A stretch of DNA of 64,000 nt, from assembly GCF_035594765.1 (NCBI RefSeq), contig NC_085846.1, forward strand, positions 108,239,190 through 108,303,189. Reading direction: 5' to 3'. The translations under genes were made by a program, and so were the position numbers. This DNA comes from Anolis carolinensis (lineage: Eukaryota). Position 1 is the first letter of the stretch; every line of letters begins with the position of its first letter. This document shows positions 61,221 through 64,000 of the stretch, piece after piece. Below the pieces are notes generated by a model. It did no database searches, was not told the DNA's origin, and saw only the letters and a program-made list of their open reading frames with translations.

Positions 61221-62087
61221 TAATTTATTTCATTTCATATTATAGCTATGTTAATTATATTTTAATAATAATCTTTTTATTTAAAAAATCAGAAATATAT
61301 ATTTTTGTAATTTTGTCAGCTGGCTCAGGCCCTGGGACCAGGGCAGTGAGGTTGAATATAAATTCAAAGCAAAGATACATATATTCTTGACTGTGGAAAT
61401 GGGAAAGGACGAACGAAGAAAACATATCAAATGTAATCATTTTCCTATAATCTATAAAACTGCAGCAAGAACCTTTCAAGGCAGAGATATATTTGCATTG
61501 CCAGAAACAGATAAAACCATGTGATTTCTTCACTGCTAGACAGAAATTGTCATCTGTAAAAGATAAGAAGTCTCAGAATCTTCTCCTAAATAATCACAAA
61601 ATAGTGGATTTTAAAACCGACACGGGGTAATGCAGGGGCTTTGTGAATACATTTACATCTGCATTCTGCAAGCTGAACCAGTCCAGCATAACGTTAGTTA
61701 CATTTTCTGGAAAAAGACTTACTGCATTTGGTACATGCAATCCCATTTGCTAAATATAATTTGAATAACACAAATAAAGACAAGGCCGCTCAGCTGGAAT
61801 TCTAGGTAGTGGGCTTTGAAGCACACACTCTTCCAAATCTAAGAGCCTGAGACTAATTTAAATTTGGTCCAAAGAATTAATTTAATGGAAACAGACCAAG
61901 AACATCAGAGGGATGCCAAAAACTATGGAAACACGTTTCAAAGCCTTGGCTGCTTTGTCAAGCCATACTCTGCAAAGAAATATATACAGTATACCAGCAG
62001 ATGCTTGTGAACAGGGTTTAGGTAGTATTCAGGAATTTTGTAATACAGAAAAAACAGAAAGTAACACTATGGAACACAATTTGGGAA

Positions 62088-62221
62088 AAATTCTGTTCCT
62101 GTTTTGAAAGTGTTATTCTTGTTTAATTGTATGGTACTTACTTTGAAAGTAGTTGTTATACCCCTGAAACTTTGTTTTTGTGGCTGCCACAAACTATGTT
62201 GAATTGGTTGAGACTCTATAA
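62088..62221. repeat. Unclassified dispersed repeat that also occurs as cargo in the composite hAT (35545-35662)
   Basis: ctgttcctg.tttgaaagt.ttatt...gaaactttgtttttgtggctg shared by both. Confidence 0.7.
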
Positions 62222-62355
62222 CAGGCATGGGCAAACTTTGGCCCTCCGGGTGTTTTGGACTGTAACTTCCACAATTCCTAACAGCTGGTAGGCTGTTAGG
62301 AATTGTGGAAGTTGAAGTCCAAAACACCCGGAGGGCCAAAGTTTGCCCATGCCAG
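62222..62355. mobile_element. hAT palindromic MITE
   Basis: TIR caggcatgggcaaactttggccctccggg; TSD ctctataa/ctctgtaa. Confidence 0.93.
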
Positions 62356-62400
62356 CTCTGTAAGATATACATTAAAAACTATTGCAAAGTGTGCTGCAGG

Positions 62401-62720
62401 ATGTGTTGTTGAAGACTTTCATGGCCAGAATCACTGGGTTGCTGTGAGTTTGCTGGGCTGTATGGCCATGTTCTAGAAGCATTCTCTCCTGACATTTCGC
62501 CCACATCTATGTCAGGCATCCTCAGGGATTGTGAAGTCTGTTGAAAACTAGGCAAGTGGGGATTATATCTGTGGAATGTCCAGGGTGGGAGAAAAAACTC
62601 TTGTCTATTTGAGGCAAGTGTGAATGTTGCAGTTGGCAAGCTTGATTAGCACTGAATTGCCTGGCAGCTTCAAAGTCTGGTTGCTTCCTGCCTGGTGAAG
62701 GAAGCAGACAGGCTTTGAAA
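62401..62720 (-). mobile_element. Penelope-like element terminal region
   Basis: Overlaps the fragments at 16982 and 36385 in sequence; contains a hammerhead core. Confidence 0.88.
62487..62528 (-). ncRNA. Minimal hammerhead ribozyme motif (degenerate copy)
   Basis: Minus strand CUGAGGA-ugccugac-auagau-gugggc-GAAA-u-GUC^agg. Confidence 0.7.
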
Positions 62721-62876
62721 ACAAAACCCACCCAAAACATTTTCTTTTACATAGCTTTTCAGCCAAAGGCTTGCCTGAATAGAGTCTTAGCCTAAAGGTG
62801 AAAGGTTGACCCAAAAGACTTCTGAAACCTTTGATGTCATATGTTAAATATATATTCCTTTATTATATGTATGAGT

Positions 62877-63194
62877 GGAGCCTCCGATGGCTCAGTGTGT
62901 TAAAGCACTGAGCTGCTGAACTTGCAGACCAAAAGGTCCCAGGTTCAAATCCGGGGAGCAGAGTGAGCGCCCGCTGTTAGCTCCAGCTTCTGCCAACCTA
63001 GCAGTTCGAAAACATGCAAATGTGAGTAGATCAATAGGTACCGCTCCGGTGGGAAGGTAACGGTGTTCAATGCAGTCATGACCTTGGAGGTGTCTATGGA
63101 CAACGCCGGCTCTTCGGCTTAGAAATGGAGATGAGCACCAACCCCCAGAGTCGGACACGACTGGGCTTAACGTCAGGGAAAACCTTTACCTTTA
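62877..63194 (+). mobile_element. Sauria SINE
   Basis: Full length; flanking repeat cctttattatatgtatgag (62857-62875 and 63189-63207). Confidence 0.96.
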
Positions 63195-63827
63195 TTATAT
63201 GTATGAGACCCTCAGCTGTAGCAAATATGGATTACAGCACATTCTTAAATTAATTTTGCTTTTCTCCTTTGTAACTGTGCTTAGCATTGAAGCCAAAAAG
63301 TACAATAATATGTCCTTTACTCAAAAGAAAGTCCCGTTGTGTCCAGTGTACTTACACCCAAATGACTGCAGTTCCCTAAACCAAATTTTACTGTATGCAA
63401 ATCCATGAAATCACGCTAAAGAAAATACTTACGCAAACAAGTGCATTTAAGGTTTTGCAATCTGTCACTATAAAGGTGGAAAACAAATTATGTACACAGT
63501 TTCAAGGGAAGGAGGGAGCTGGGTTATATAAGGCAGCTCTAAGAACAAAAAAGATGGTTCCTGACATCACAGAAATATCACCTATGACTGCCGCGTGGTA
63601 TATAGGGCACATAGAGGCTTAATGCTGATGATGTAAAAGGAACAAGGAAAAGGGAATATGCAATACACTTTGTGATGCACTTGGCAATCTCAGAAGCAAA
63701 AGGGAAAGAATTTCAAACAGCTTCTTCAAAGAGGAATTTCAAACATCTCTGCAGGTGGCTGCAGAGAGGGAAGCAGTTCTGGGAGCTTGCCAGCCGAGAA
63801 ACAAAACCTAGTTTGAAACTAGCTCAA

Positions 63828-64000
63828 GGGGCGCATCTACACTGTAGAATCAAAGCAGTTTGACTCCCCTTCCAACCACCATGGCTCAATGCTATGGAAT
63901 CATGAGAGTTGTAGTTTTACATGGTCTTTAGCCTTCCCTACCAAAGAGTGCTGGAATCACACCAAACTACAACTTTCATGATTCCATGGTTGTGCCAAAC
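63828..64000. mobile_element. Harbinger-like MITE cut by the window end
   Basis: ggggcgcatctacactgtagaat... Confidence 0.82.

Noticed and set aside
62222-62355. miRNA precursor (also 2020, 9311, 37365)
   Set aside because: The hairpins are explained by MITE TIRs with 8-bp TSDs and multiple copies.
62877-62955. tRNA gene
   Set aside because: The A/B boxes belong to the SINE head; no full cloverleaf with terminator.

Overview
This is vertebrate nuclear DNA, almost certainly from a squamate and most likely an Anolis lizard, judged from recognised repeat families (Sauria SINE with (ACCTTT)n tail, L2-tailed SINEs, 5S-derived SINE3, Vingi, Penelope, hAT/Tc2/Harbinger MITEs). No host protein-coding exon could be supported. 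The first ~1.7 kb looks like the distal 3' UTR of an unidentified + strand gene. The rest looks like gene-desert or intergenic DNA, with repeat-dense blocks alternating with repeat-free, motif-rich blocks (candidate enhancers). The only long ORF (24584-28183) is ORF2 of a young, 5'-truncated L1 with a 20-bp TSD; its ATG comes from flanking DNA. The most notable structures are: (1) a 1.84-kb non-autonomous hAT (35175-37015, perfect 8-bp TSD) carrying TE fragments plus a CpG-island-promoter-like cargo (CCAAT, YY1/ATG, CRE half-site); (2) Penelope remnants with minimal hammerhead ribozyme cores, one of which starts at the predicted self-cleavage site; (3) several perfect fold-back hairpins and templated-insertion scars, often next to TE junctions; (4) multi-layer nested insertions, including a Helitron whose empty site is visible in a paralogous MITE in the same window. 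Family names come from my recall of consensus sequences, not from a database search. I found no evidence for a wholly new multi-gene system; the candidates above are the best leads.
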